DNA of 64,000 nt from an uncultured virus (IMG/VR IMGVR_UViG_3300046675_000098) (lineage: Duplodnaviria; Heunggongvirae; Uroviricota; Caudoviricetes): IMG/VR virus record IMGVR_UViG_3300046675_000098. The stretch is one strand, 5' to 3'. Shown here piece by piece: positions 39,293 to 50,104 of this stretch. Both the position numbers and the translations under genes were made by a program. The notes under the pieces are model-generated. The model had not been told where the DNA came from. It was given only the letters and a program-made list of their open reading frames with translations, and searched no databases. Position 1 is the stretch's first letter. The number at the start of each line of letters is the position of its first letter.

Positions 39293-40636
39293 GTGATTAC
39301 CGACCACCTTCCCGATTGGATGAGCACCTACGTCAGCGAGACCGCTGCGGAGTTGCAAGTCCCGATCGATGCCGTTGCTCTGCTGAGCCTCGGCGCTCTG
39401 TCCGCTGCCGTGAACGGCGGCGCCACTTCGCTCCCGGTCGATTCCTGGGCCGAGCCGTGCGTGCTCTACACCGTCGCCCTGCTGGCGTCGGGCGAGGGCA
39501 AGTCCCCGGCCTTCACGAAGCTCTTGGAGCCTGTCGTGCGGGCGTTCGAGGAAGTCACTGGCGTGCACCAGGCCACCGATGCCAAGACGCAGACGATCCG
39601 CAACCGGGTCAATCGCAAGCACATCAAGAAGGTCGAGAGCGATGCGCTGCGGGCCGTGGCCAAGGGTTCGATGAGCCTGGAAGAGGCCATCGGGGAAATC
39701 GCCGCCGCCGAGCGGGCCGTCGCCCTGTTCAACAACACCAACATCCCGCTAAAGGTCGTCACCGACGTGACGCCCGCTGGTCTGCTCGATGCCTTGCAGG
39801 ACAACAACGGTCGCGTTGTGATCGCCAGCCCGGAGGCCGAGAGCCTGATGAGCTTCCGGGGAGGGTCCAAGGAGGCCATCCTTAAGGGCTTCGATGGCGA
39901 GACCATGACACAGGGCCGTCGTGGTACCGGTGAGGTCACCATCGCCCGCCCGACCATCACGGCGATGCTGGCGATGCAGCCAGCCATCCTCGGGTCGCTG
40001 GGCGCCGACATGGTCAACCGTGGCGTGATGCCCCGGTTCCTGATCAGCTACCCGGAGTCCATGGTGGGCCACCGTGAGGCTCGCACCGTCCTGGTCTCGC
40101 CTGAGGCTGAGGCTGAGTACGAGGCCGAGATGACCAGGATCGTGACCGCCTACAGCGAGCCACGGCCGAAGCTCATCACCTGGGACCCCGCTGCCAAGCG
40201 TGAGATCGGCACCTGGCGGGTCGAGATCGAGCCGTTGCTGGCGCCGAACGGTCTCTTGGCGTCCATCGCCGCATGGGGTTCCAAGGTGCGTGGGGCGCAC
40301 TTCGTTCGCCTGGCGGCGCTCCTGGGGATCGCCAACGGCCGGGACTTCGTCAACGTGGACGATTGCGTCCAGGCCAAGGCCATCCTGCGCTCGCTCATGA
40401 TCGACGCGAAGCGGGCGTTCGGGGCCATGGGGGCGTCGTTCTCCGACGATGACGTGGTGCACCTGATGAGCATCGTGGAGCGCCTTCCGGAGCGCACGTT
40501 TGCCAAGCGCATGATCATGCGCCGGTCCAACAGGCTTAAGACGCCCGACCGGGCGGGCCAGGCTCTCGACAAGGCCGTGGAGGAAGGTCTGCTGACCTAC
40601 GACGAGGGCACCAAACAGTGGACCTACGTCGAGTAG
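39293..40636 (+). CDS. DUF3987/YfjI-like P-loop protein
   Basis: ASGEGKSPAF, TDVTPAGL, LKGFDG, MQP, RGVMPRFL. Confidence 0.8.
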   Translation: MITDHLPDWMSTYVSETAAELQVPIDAVALLSLGALSAAVNGGATSLPVDSWAEPCVLYTVALLASGEGKSPAFTKLLEPVVRAFEEVTGVHQATDAKTQTIRNRVNRKHIKKVESDALRAVAKGSMSLEEAIGEIAAAERAVALFNNTNIPLKVVTDVTPAGLLDALQDNNGRVVIASPEAESLMSFRGGSKEAILKGFDGETMTQGRRGTGEVTIARPTITAMLAMQPAILGSLGADMVNRGVMPRFLISYPESMVGHREARTVLVSPEAEAEYEAEMTRIVTAYSEPRPKLITWDPAAKREIGTWRVEIEPLLAPNGLLASIAAWGSKVRGAHFVRLAALLGIANGRDFVNVDDCVQAKAILRSLMIDAKRAFGAMGASFSDDDVVHLMSIVERLPERTFAKRMIMRRSNRLKTPDRAGQALDKAVEEGLLTYDEGTKQWTYVE

Positions 40637-40642
40637 ATCCGA

Positions 40643-40668
40643 AGGCCCGGGGCAAACGTCCCGGGCCT
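40643..40668. terminator. Hairpin at a convergent gene junction
   Basis: AGGCCCGGG...CCCGGGCCT. Confidence 0.6.
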
Positions 40669-40681
40669 GCTGCTGTCAGTG

Positions 40682-40957
40682 TCAGTGCCGGTGCCGACTG
40701 GTGTGACACCCACGGCACAGCGGTACCACGTCGTTCTCGTGGCCAGCGTCGTAGCCACGGTGGTGGTGCCACTGATCAGCAGGTTCCCAGCAGTCAACAC
40801 AAGCGTGTAGCCGGACCGGAGGCCGACTCCGAGCTACACGCTTGTGGATGGCGTTCCGACGCCTGCGTTCTTGCTCGCTACCGGGGCCAGGCTCCTGCTC
40901 AGGCCAGTCCTGCCGACCCGTCCAAGAGGGGTCCAGAGGGTGCTCGACTACAGACAC
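40682..40957 (-). CDS. HNH-like zinc-binding nuclease
   Basis: CVDC...WHHHRGY...VVPLCRGCH. Confidence 0.7.
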   Translation of the reverse strand: MSVVEHPLDPSWTGRQDWPEQEPGPGSEQERRRRNAIHKRVARSRPPVRLHACVDCWEPADQWHHHRGYDAGHENDVVPLCRGCHTSRHRH

Positions 40958-40981
40958 GTCCGGAACCTACCCCCAACGGAG

Positions 40982-42340
40982 CTAGTGGCTTGACCATGGG
41001 GTTGGTGAGTCATCCGGGCTCAGGGTCCTCAGAACCTCGTCGCTAGAGACCGGGATGGGCAGTGCCCGAGCCGCCGTTCCAACGCCCTCACCGAACAAAC
41101 GGGACAGCACCCCACCGTTCGCCTTAGCCTCCATGGAGAACCTGAACGTGGCCGAGTCGTCCAGTATGTCCTTCATCTTCGCCATCATGGAGAAGAGCCT
41201 GTCCATCTCGGCCGAGAGCGCTGCGTCAACACCCTGGCCGTCTAGCTGCTCCCCGTACCGGGCGAAGGCCACACGCTGCATCTGCATCTCGATCCCGGCC
41301 TGACAGATGGCCTGGATCTGGTCCTTGGTCCGAGCCTCTACGGGGATGTTGAACGCGCACGTCGCATTCAACTGATGGGCGGGGCAGGTCGCTGCTAGAT
41401 AGCACGTGTTGCACTGCCTGAACGACGTCCCCAAAGTGATGATCGTCTGCATGGTCTCAGTGCGCTGAACACCGTCGCCATCGGTCACCACGCGGTCGTT
41501 GTCCACCATCTCCAAGCCGGGGAGGAGGATCTGCGCTCGCCCTCCTCCGGGGCCGGGTTGGTGCCCGGTCGGTTGATCCACGAGAGCAAGCCGCCGCTCG
41601 CTCGATCCGGTTCCGTCCTGGTCGCTGTAGACCTCGTTGCTTGACAATGGGACCACCGTTCGGGGCGTGTAGCGCTCCTCCCACTCCTGCCAGGACCGGA
41701 TCGCCAGCCGCGACGTCTCCACCGGGTCATCCGCCAGCACCTGGCTGTAGTCCACTCCTAGCCGTTCAATGTCAGCCCGGTGCTTGGGCCGAGCCTCGGC
41801 CTTGCGGTTCCCGGCGTAGCGGTGCAGCTTGTTCCCCGCCCACACCTGGGTCTCCCCGAAGCGCTGGGCCATGAGCCAGGCATAGCTCACCACCATGTCC
41901 AAGCGCTCCACGCCCTTGGTTGCTCCAGTGACGGCGCACAGGATGCTGGCCGTGTACTGGTTCATGATGCGCCGCAGCGTCACAGAGGCCTTCACGGTGT
42001 CATCAGTGAGGCCGACGATGGGCCACACGTTCGGCTCGACACCCTCGCTCCAGAACGGTCCAAAGGCCGCTCCAGGCTCGAAGTGCTTGGCCCACGTGAT
42101 CGGCCCGAGCACCATGTAGGGCTGCTGCTCGATGAACGGCTCAGCCATCTCCCACGTGGTCTCCAAGTCGGCGTAGACGATCCAGAGCGCCCCGTCCGGC
42201 AGGTGGCTGTCCACGTCGAAGTTCTTGCTGGCGATCCGGTCCAGGTTGGTGAGGTTGAGCGCGAAGCGCTCGACACCACACTCGATCAACAGGTTCCGGT
42301 GGCTGGGCTGCTCAGCGCCTGCAAAGAAGAGCTTGGTCAC
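40982..42340 (-). CDS. Large hypothetical protein with C-terminal Cys4 cluster
   Basis: KLFFAG N-terminus; CNTCYLAATCP..C. Confidence 0.75.
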   Translation of the reverse strand: MTKLFFAGAEQPSHRNLLIECGVERFALNLTNLDRIASKNFDVDSHLPDGALWIVYADLETTWEMAEPFIEQQPYMVLGPITWAKHFEPGAAFGPFWSEGVEPNVWPIVGLTDDTVKASVTLRRIMNQYTASILCAVTGATKGVERLDMVVSYAWLMAQRFGETQVWAGNKLHRYAGNRKAEARPKHRADIERLGVDYSQVLADDPVETSRLAIRSWQEWEERYTPRTVVPLSSNEVYSDQDGTGSSERRLALVDQPTGHQPGPGGGRAQILLPGLEMVDNDRVVTDGDGVQRTETMQTIITLGTSFRQCNTCYLAATCPAHQLNATCAFNIPVEARTKDQIQAICQAGIEMQMQRVAFARYGEQLDGQGVDAALSAEMDRLFSMMAKMKDILDDSATFRFSMEAKANGGVLSRLFGEGVGTAARALPIPVSSDEVLRTLSPDDSPTPWSSH

Positions 42341-42426
42341 ACAACAGAGGCTACGTCAGCGCCGCAACAGCAGTACCACGACCACGATGACGATGATCAG
42401 GATGATGAGACCGCTGCCGATGTACA

Positions 42427-43191
42427 TCAGCCGAGCATGGTTCCCTGGTTGGGGTTGAACGATGAACGACGGCCCCGTACCGAGCGCGTGGACGGCAGCG
42501 GCGCTCCAACACGAGGGATCATGTCCTCCCCCGTGCCGGGAAGCACCGGAGTGGATGAGGCCTCGATGATGGGTCCCTGGGGCCTGGGCGTGGGTGCTGG
42601 GCCACCAGGACGGGCGGTAGCCGGTCCAAGGGCACCGATGGCCTGGTTGCCGGAGTCCAGAGCGGGCGTACGTGCCGGTCCTAGCTCCGTCATGGGGCCA
42701 GCGGGCATCGGGTACCCGGGACCGCTCGTTGAGAAGCCCTGGTAGGCCTGTGGCGCCCCTGCGCCGAGCGCCTTCATGCCCTGGGGCACCTCCAAGGGCG
42801 GTAGGCCCTCTTCCTCGCCTCCACGCCGGGAAGCCATGAAGTTGCTGATCCGCCGCCCACCCTCGCGGAGATCCTTACCCACACCGGACCAGTCGCCCGA
42901 TGAACCGCCCCAGGGCCGCAGGTGGGGCTGCTGCCCGGGCTGCTGTGTGGGGCTGGACACGTGGTGGCCCTGCTTGACCTTGCCGTAGAGCGAGCCAGCG
43001 TCGGTGTAGTTGTGTGACGACGACGGGCCGAACCGAGCGCCCGAGAGCACGCTGTGATGCGAACCGCCACCACCCTGGTAGCCGTGGAGCGCCATCGTGT
43101 CCATCCCGGCGAACTGCCCGAGCGAAGCCAAGTGCCGAGCCTGAGTCGCCCCCGCCCCGTACCCGTAGCCCCGCATCACCGGGAGTGCCAT
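42427..43191 (-). CDS. Low-complexity Gly/Pro/His-rich protein
   Basis: GGAGG RBS before ATG 43191; ends NQGTMLG. Confidence 0.6.
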   Translation of the reverse strand: MALPVMRGYGYGAGATQARHLASLGQFAGMDTMALHGYQGGGGSHHSVLSGARFGPSSSHNYTDAGSLYGKVKQGHHVSSPTQQPGQQPHLRPWGGSSGDWSGVGKDLREGGRRISNFMASRRGGEEEGLPPLEVPQGMKALGAGAPQAYQGFSTSGPGYPMPAGPMTELGPARTPALDSGNQAIGALGPATARPGGPAPTPRPQGPIIEASSTPVLPGTGEDMIPRVGAPLPSTRSVRGRRSSFNPNQGTMLG

Positions 43192-43600
43192 GGCTAGCCT
43201 CCGCTCCGTTGACGCAACATGCGCTGCTTGGCGGCACTGGCGTGACCGTGGGTCGCACCGTGGGAGCCTCGGGTGCCGTGTGAGCCCTGCGAGCCCGACG
43301 ACGAGAGGTTCGACCCGGCCACCCTCCAACGAGGTCGTGGGTCGGCGCCCGGTGTTGACATACACACCGCCGTCTTCAACGAGCCTCGCGTCAACGCGGG
43401 CTTCTCACCCGCACCGCAGATACCACCGCCCCGGACGACCTTGATGCGCTTGCCTCCAACCATCTGGGAGTCATCCTGCTCATCACGCTTGGCCGGGACC
43501 ATGTCAGGTACTGTACTCCGTGCTCAGAGACGTGCTCACTCTTGCCCTCTTGGTGGTGCTGTTCGCCCTGGTAGGGCTGTGGGTCACCCATGTTGACTGG

Positions 43601-44107
43601 TCAGGCGTCATCAATGGACCAGCCCCCACCACTACGACTACCGACCTCGTCCACCTGGACGCCGTTCGTCCGGTCATGCTGAGCCTGCTGCAAGGCCACC
43701 AGACGCTCCCAGGCTCGTGGTGGACCGTTCGATGGCAGCCAAGCGGGCCGTAGCATGTGATGAGTCAACAGCAGGCTCGACACCCCCATGCTGTACACCT
43801 GGCGCACCGCGTCAGGGTCCACGTCCAGGTACAGCCCGACCGGCCAACCGGTTCCAAGGGCTTCTCGGACCTGCGAGACCTTCCAAGAGACATCGGTCAG
43901 CACACTGTCGCCCTTGTCCAGCAGAATCTCGTAGCGCACCGTGTTCGAGCGCATGATGCGCTGAGCTTCTTCTCGGGGACTGGTCGTGAGCACAACAGTG
44001 CGGAACTCCGTCGCCAGGCCCCGGTACATGGCCAGGTGCCGGTCGATCTTGTTGTCCTCGATCGACAGCACCCCCTCCAAGGCGATCATCAGCGACTCAC
44101 CCGCCAT
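43601..44107 (-). CDS. HAD-superfamily-like protein with degenerate motif I
   Basis: LMIALEGVL, VVLTT, WK, LYLDVDP. Confidence 0.55.
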   Translation of the reverse strand: MAGESLMIALEGVLSIEDNKIDRHLAMYRGLATEFRTVVLTTSPREEAQRIMRSNTVRYEILLDKGDSVLTDVSWKVSQVREALGTGWPVGLYLDVDPDAVRQVYSMGVSSLLLTHHMLRPAWLPSNGPPRAWERLVALQQAQHDRTNGVQVDEVGSRSGGGWSIDDA

Positions 44108-44514
44108 CAGATGCGCCTCGGTCGTCGGCCCCCTACGGCCTTGCTCCACGCATCACCTGCGTCAGTGCGCTGCGGCGAATGCTTGGGGGCGGGCACCCCT
44201 CGGGTCTCACCAGCGATCTCGTGCCCTTGACTCCAAAGGGACGAAGCTACGCCCTGGCGCTGGAACTGCTTTGAGGTGTACACGCCGATGATCTCACCGG
44301 TCTTGTGGTGCCAAGACATTGACCCCATGGGTCGGTGACCGGGATCAACGTAGGACCCCTCCCACCTCCGTCGTTCCGATGGGTGCTCCTGCGCCCATGA
44401 TGAGTCAGCATGCTCAGGCTCCCATGCCTCGATGGTGTGCACCGAGAGACCACCCATCGACTTGGGGTTGGCCGGATGGAACACCGTGGTGAACTGGGTG
44501 CCCTTGGTCTGCAT
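44107..44514 (-). CDS. GNAT acetyltransferase
   Basis: Acetyl-CoA motif A VYTSKQFQRQGVASSLW; HSPQRTDAGDAW. Confidence 0.8.
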   Translation of the reverse strand: MQTKGTQFTTVFHPANPKSMGGLSVHTIEAWEPEHADSSWAQEHPSERRRWEGSYVDPGHRPMGSMSWHHKTGEIIGVYTSKQFQRQGVASSLWSQGHEIAGETRGVPAPKHSPQRTDAGDAWSKAVGGRRPRRI

Positions 44515-45031
44515 CTAGACCTGCCGAAGTCGGTGCACCGGCTCCACAGTGGTACCAGTCGGTCCCGGCCTCCAAGACACGTTGACGTGCGTGCCCCCGG
44601 AGTGCTGGGCCACCACCTTGCCCACCTTGCCAGTCTCACCGTGCTCGACCATGGTGCCGGTGGGATGCTCCGGCGCTCCCATGGTGGTCGAGAAGCGCGC
44701 CATCACGGCATCGAACTGCTTGGGGTTCAGGTGACCGGCCTTGCCTAGCTCCCGAAGCGGCTTGAGATTCGGCATCACACCACCACCCATGTTGTGCCGT
44801 TCCACCACGCGTTGCCATCGGTGAGAGGTACGGCGTTGGTCACTGAGCCCCAGGTCGTGGCCGGACTGGCGGTGATGCCCGTACCCGTGCCGAACTGGGC
44901 TTTGGAGGGCACCACACGACCAGCCGGGGTGAACGTGCCGGGGGTACCCATGGTCGCCCCGGTCGGACGATAGGCCGTGTCCGTCCACGTGGGAGCGTTC
45001 ATCCACCCGCCACCTGTGAACGCCGAGACCA

Positions 45032-45676
45032 TCAGTGCCCGCCTCGTAGCTTCCGGATGGCCTGTTGTTGAGCCAACGCTTCACGCTGACGCTGGCGCTG
45101 CTTCACCTTCAAGCCGTCCTCGTCGTAGTCGCCACGCTTCATCCGGATCTGCGGGATCACGTAGCTGTGCACGAACGGGCACAGGTGGCACAGGTACATG
45201 CGGTCGTTGGGGGCCATGCCCTTCTGGGACTCGTGGTCTCCAACCATCTTGGACTCGCTGAAGACGTCCATGCACCGGTCCGTGGGCCGGTGGTGCTCGT
45301 TGAAGCACGCCATCGCGTCGTCCTTCAACTGGTCCCGCTCGTCGTACATCAAGCCGTGGGAGTCCTTGAGTCCGGTCTGGATCTGCTTGATGATGTCGGT
45401 GGCCTCCCACGTGAGCTTGTCGATGAAGGCCAGGTCCCACTTCTCCAAGTCAGGGATGTGGATGTCGTCATGGGCGTGACGGCTGACCCAGTCCTCCAAG
45501 GCCGGGTCCCACTTGTGCACCATCGTGGGCATGCCCTTGTCGTCGCGGTAGGTCATGTCAACCTCACGCCCGTCCTCCATCCAGGCAACACGAGCCGGTA
45601 CCAAAGGCGCGCTGGCGGGGGGATCAGGAAGGCGGGTGAGCGTCCGGCAGATGTGACAGGTAGCTAGGCGAGGCAT
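45032..45676 (-). CDS. Zinc-binding hypothetical protein
   Basis: CHIC, CFNEHHRP..C, YLCHLCP. Confidence 0.7.
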   Translation of the reverse strand: MPRLATCHICRTLTRLPDPPASAPLVPARVAWMEDGREVDMTYRDDKGMPTMVHKWDPALEDWVSRHAHDDIHIPDLEKWDLAFIDKLTWEATDIIKQIQTGLKDSHGLMYDERDQLKDDAMACFNEHHRPTDRCMDVFSESKMVGDHESQKGMAPNDRMYLCHLCPFVHSYVIPQIRMKRGDYDEDGLKVKQRQRQREALAQQQAIRKLRGGH

Positions 45677-46290
45677 CAATCCCACTTCTCCAAGGAGCGC
45701 ACCTTGTCACGATAGGTGGGTGGTGCGTCAACAGCGTCCGGGTGCGAGAACCGCTCCGTATGTGCTACCACACGGTCCCACGGGATCTGACTGCGGGTGC
45801 GGGCGTAGGGGTCCACGTTGGACTGGAACCAGTTGTCCCCCTGGTGCACGGCCATCTTGACGATGCGACCCCCGCCGACCACACGGCGGGGCATGTAGCT
45901 GTGCGCCGTCGCCGCCTCGACTCCGGCGTTGGTGCCCTCCCAGCCTGGCTCGATGGCACCCCGCTCGTCGGACTGGACGTAGCCCCGGCTCTTGGCCTGT
46001 TGGAACTCGTCCTCGCTCATGCCCCGGAACACGTGCGTGACATGCCCCGGCAGCGGCGACTCCTTAGGGCCACTGCCACTGACGCCCACGTCCCTGATCC
46101 CCGGCAGCCATGATGACTCACCAAGCTGCTTGATGAGCCGCTGACGCTTGAGTGAGGAGAACGCATGATCAAGGTCACTCGCCTGCATGCGAGTGTTCAA
46201 CCAGTCGGGCGCGTCAGTGTCAACAGGAGTCGAGTGAGGACCCGACTCGATGCCGGGGAAGTCCCGAAGCTGCGTGCCCTTGGGCTGCAT
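45676..46290 (-). CDS. Possible ADP-ribosyltransferase-fold protein
   Basis: HVFRGMSEDEF..AKSRG resembles the ART R-motif; the rest is weak. Confidence 0.4.
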   Translation of the reverse strand: MQPKGTQLRDFPGIESGPHSTPVDTDAPDWLNTRMQASDLDHAFSSLKRQRLIKQLGESSWLPGIRDVGVSGSGPKESPLPGHVTHVFRGMSEDEFQQAKSRGYVQSDERGAIEPGWEGTNAGVEAATAHSYMPRRVVGGGRIVKMAVHQGDNWFQSNVDPYARTRSQIPWDRVVAHTERFSHPDAVDAPPTYRDKVRSLEKWD

Positions 46291-47255
46291 CAGTCATAGC
46301 CCTCACGGTTGAGCGTGCGCCCCTCGTTGATGGCGTCGTCGTCCATGTAAGCCCGATAGTTGCCCGCCGCCTTCCGCGCCGCAAAGCTCGCCTCCAAGCG
46401 AGCATGGGTGTCTTTGCTGGCCTGGCTCCTGGGATCAGCAGCGGACTCCCGATCGGCCTGGTTGTGTACGAGCACAGAGCCGGGACCGAACGGGGTGCCC
46501 AAGTCCGAGGGGCGTCCCACCTTGCGGGCCGGATGGTCAGCCTTGTTCTCGGGGGGAGGTGAACCGTGTCCGGCCATCACTCACTCTGCCCATGCCAAGA
46601 GCGCACTGCTCGACGTGGCACTTCCTGCCGAGTGGGGTAGGGAGCCACATCACCAGCCGTGAAGTGCTCCCGAGCCCGTTCACCAGTGAGATCGCCAGCC
46701 CCGGCGATCGCCTTCCAATGAGCGACAGAATCCCTCGTCATCGACGCCTGATCAACCTTGCGGCCAGGGTGGTTGGCCTTGTCTGGCGCTGGCGGTGATC
46801 CGTGTCCGGCCATCAGTAGCCAGCCGGTTCTTGAACGGGAGGCTGAGCGTTGCCGCCACCCGTGCTGCCGTCACCTGTGTCCCGGCCCACCTGCCGCGCA
46901 GAGTTGTTGGCCTGGTCCTCAGGCGGGTCCGATCCGTATCCAGCCATGGCTACCTCCCGGTGTACTTGTCGCGGCCCTCGCTCAGCCGCTGTCCGGCAAC
47001 CCGGACGGCTGTACGTGCCCGCTTGAGGGTGCGGACGCTCCCACCACGTCCACCGTTCATGGCACCGCCTGCTACATCCCAGGCGAAGCGCGTGCCACGA
47101 TCACTGAGCTTGGAGCCCGAGCCCACCGGAGGCCGGTACTCCCGCACCGCTCCAAGGTCACTCTGCTCCGTCAACATGCCCGAGTCCCGGTGCACTACAC
47201 GACTGGTCTCCAAGGCACGGTCGGGGGGAGGAGGCGAGCCATGTCCGGCCATCAC
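46290..47255 (-). other. Four tandem small paralogous CDS starting MAG[HY]GS (46290-46580, 46577-46813, 46813-46947, 46950-47255)
   Basis: Shared N-termini; overlapping start/stop junctions. Confidence 0.75.
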
Positions 47256-47880
47256 TTCTTCTCCTTCTCGTCCTTCGATCCGAAGGCGGGAGCCTGCTTG
47301 CCGCCGAACTTGGTACCACCCTTGGACGCCGCCTTCTTCTTCTCCTTGGGGGCAGGCTGCTTGGCCATCAGCCCTCCATCACCCGGGGCGTCGAGCCCTT
47401 GTCGGTGAGAGGACGGTCCACGACGTCGCGCCGAGGCAGGTACGCCGAGTACGGCTCGATGGCCTCACCCGCACGGTGGCGCCGAGCGAAGTCGAAGGGG
47501 TCCTGCGGTCGGATCTCGGCGTTGAGGTACTGGAAGGGCATCGTGTTGACTGCACGATCCACCCGCCACTCCATCTCCACGATGCCGCCGACGTTCGGAG
47601 CGATCTGGATGTAGCTGCTGTCGATGCAGCCCTGGCGGAAGTCATCCGTCATGCTGCGGTCTACTGCGTGGGCCATGACTTCTCCTTCGCCACCTACTAG
47701 GGCGCTCCCACCGTACACCCCAGCCTGCCTTCTGGCAGTTCCAACAGGGCTGGAAGATGCCTGTGGTCAGGTCCAACACGGCGCTGTTGAGGCGACACAC
47801 CATGCAAATGCAGTCGTGAGCCGCCCACGGCCCGCCATCGGTGACGATGACGGGCTCGTGGAGTTGCGGCTCCAGGAAGA

Positions 47881-48519
47881 TCAGGACTTGCTGCGAGGGT
47901 CCACGACGGGCGGCTCCCCGGTGACCGGGATCTCGTTGGGGAGGGTGTTGTCGGGGTGCTCCCCGCCGCCACCGGGCTGCGGAGGCTGCTCCGTGGCGTC
48001 GGGCGGCACCTGGGCCTTCGACACCGGCTCGTCGGCATTGATGACGATCTCGGTCATCTGGCCCGCCACCACATCGATGGCGATGGACCCGATGAAGTCG
48101 CCGGAGCCGTCACGGTTGGTGTCGTTGGTGTAGGTGACGCTGGCCGAGCCGACGACACCGGTCGGGATGGCGAAGCACTCCGTGGGGTTGGCGCTCTTGT
48201 TCTGGAGCACCCGGACGATGGCGTTGTCGCTGGACTGCCACACGGCATCGCCTGTGATGTCCACGGGGTTGCCGTAAGCGTCGGTGCCCGACACCGACAG
48301 GTGAACCATTTGGTCGGCGGTCAGTTGCAAGGTGATCTCACTTTCTTCGGGTACGGAACCCTGTTCTGTTGATGAATCTGGGAGGGTGAAGCCTGCTGGC
48401 TTGAGACCGATGACGAGGTGCCAATGGAGGATGCGGGCCTTGGGATCGGGCTTCGGGATGACCTCTGTGTGAGTCCACACATCCCAGCCGAACGGAGCCT
48501 TCCCTTCAACGGGGATCAT
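47881..48519 (-). CDS. Ig-like domain protein
   Basis: LSVSGTDAYGNPV...WQSSDNAIVRV...GSASVTYT beta-sandwich pattern. Confidence 0.65.
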   Translation of the reverse strand: MIPVEGKAPFGWDVWTHTEVIPKPDPKARILHWHLVIGLKPAGFTLPDSSTEQGSVPEESEITLQLTADQMVHLSVSGTDAYGNPVDITGDAVWQSSDNAIVRVLQNKSANPTECFAIPTGVVGSASVTYTNDTNRDGSGDFIGSIAIDVVAGQMTEIVINADEPVSKAQVPPDATEQPPQPGGGGEHPDNTLPNEIPVTGEPPVVDPRSKS

Positions 48520-48552
48520 CGGTAGCGCGTCTGTGATGGTGTCTCCCTCCTT

Positions 48553-48969
48553 TCAGCCCATGGGATTGACGTTGCCGCTGGCGTTGCGAACAGAGCCGTC
48601 CCACATCTGGTCTTCTTCGTAGGCACGACGCATTGTACGCACTTGGGGAGCTACCCAAGACCGACGCTGCGGAGCCCACATCGACGTGTCCAGAATCTCA
48701 CTGATGGTGGCCGGGTCATGAACGTAGCCGAACTGCGGGGGAAACAACTGCTGTGGTACCGGAGGCCGAGTCTGAAGAATCTGCTCCCGAGGCACCTCGG
48801 CCCAACGCATCGCCTCATTGGCAACCAGATCATTCTGACCGTAGCCCGGTCGATCTGCCCAGGGAGCACCACGCTGGCCGTCGTCATACACGATCACCGA
48901 GCCCGCTGTCGCCGCCCCGGACATGGGGTCCAGATACTCGTACCCGTCTTCCAGGAAACGAACGGCCAT
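48553..48969 (-). CDS. Hypothetical protein
   Basis: TAGGGT -10 six nt before ATG. Confidence 0.65.
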   Translation of the reverse strand: MAVRFLEDGYEYLDPMSGAATAGSVIVYDDGQRGAPWADRPGYGQNDLVANEAMRWAEVPREQILQTRPPVPQQLFPPQFGYVHDPATISEILDTSMWAPQRRSWVAPQVRTMRRAYEEDQMWDGSVRNASGNVNPMG

Positions 48970-49036
48970 GAGACGACCCTACTCCATCGTTGTGTCATCA
49001 GGTGCACTGACACTGACAGGTGTCAGTGTCAGTGGC

Positions 49037-50104
49037 TCAGGTGTACGGATACGCCTCGGTCGTAGGCGTCTTGATGTGCACGGCGTTATCACCCTTGGAC
49101 GTGAGCATGACACGACCACCAGGTGCCCTCTTGAACGGCCCCTTGGCCTCGTTGATGTCGGTGTAGTGCAGCACTGGTACGAACTGGTGGCTCCAGGTAC
49201 CACGGGTCTCATGCTCTGACGCTGAAGCCAGGCGATGGTGCCCGCCCGCGAGCATGCGCTTGCCCTCGGTGCCCTTGACGCCCTCTGCTTGACCGACAGC
49301 CTCGCTGAGTCTGATGGGTGACTGAACCCCCTCCTTGCCGATCGACTCGTGCAGAGTGACGCCGGTCTTGGCCTCGATGTGCTTGTAGTTGGGCTCGTCG
49401 TTGGAACCAACGCCTGACTGGTCACTGTCGTAGGTCCAACGCGACGACTGGTGGCCGATCATGTGCCGGTTCCTGATCACCTTCGATGGCACACCAATCT
49501 GCTGCCCCAACTCAAGATCATCCTCGCTGACGTGACCCTTCGACTCGCTCAGCTTGCGGGCGTACAGCGCCGAGTCCGTCTCCGGTGCGTCGTGATAGGA
49601 ACCACCACCTTCCGAGCGCTGGACCCAGTGCTCATGCGGCGCACCTCCTGAGTGCGTGCGCCCGAACTCCTTCCGGTGCCCCGCTTCTCCGGTGTAGGGC
49701 GACGAGCCCGACCAGGTACGCCGGTCCCCCTGGGTGCCTTCTCTGATGGTGCGGTCGTTATCCAGGGGTTGGTACCCGGCGTGGATCTCGGACGGCGTCA
49801 TGAACATCTTCAACTGTTCGCCCTTGGATGCAGCGGGAGAGTCAGGCTGGCGGTACTCACCCTTGCGTGACGCCATGCTCGCTGCGGTGTTGGCAGCCAG
49901 CCGCTCCGTGGTCTGCTCCGGGGTCTCGAAGTGCCCTCCAAGGGTCTCCCGGTGCACACCAGGCTGCTCCGGACCCTGGTTGGCGCGGGCCTCCTTGTAG
50001 TCCTGGTGCTCCTCGAAGGCGGCGGCTGCCTCAGCAGGCCTGCCTCGCTGACCCATGCGACGACGCTGGGACATGAACTGATCGACACCCCGGGCTTGCA
50101 TCAC
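49037..50104 (-). CDS. Protein with C-terminal ParB/Srx-like domain
   Basis: LHESIGKEGVQSPIRL...MLAGGHHRLASA. Confidence 0.65.
   Translation of the reverse strand: MMQARGVDQFMSQRRRMGQRGRPAEAAAAFEEHQDYKEARANQGPEQPGVHRETLGGHFETPEQTTERLAANTAASMASRKGEYRQPDSPAASKGEQLKMFMTPSEIHAGYQPLDNDRTIREGTQGDRRTWSGSSPYTGEAGHRKEFGRTHSGGAPHEHWVQRSEGGGSYHDAPETDSALYARKLSESKGHVSEDDLELGQQIGVPSKVIRNRHMIGHQSSRWTYDSDQSGVGSNDEPNYKHIEAKTGVTLHESIGKEGVQSPIRLSEAVGQAEGVKGTEGKRMLAGGHHRLASASEHETRGTWSHQFVPVLHYTDINEAKGPFKRAPGGRVMLTSKGDNAVHIKTPTTEAYPYT

Noticed and set aside
43262..43330. Possible tRNA (GGTTCGA T-loop-like sequence)
   Set aside because: No paired T-stem or acceptor stem could be built.
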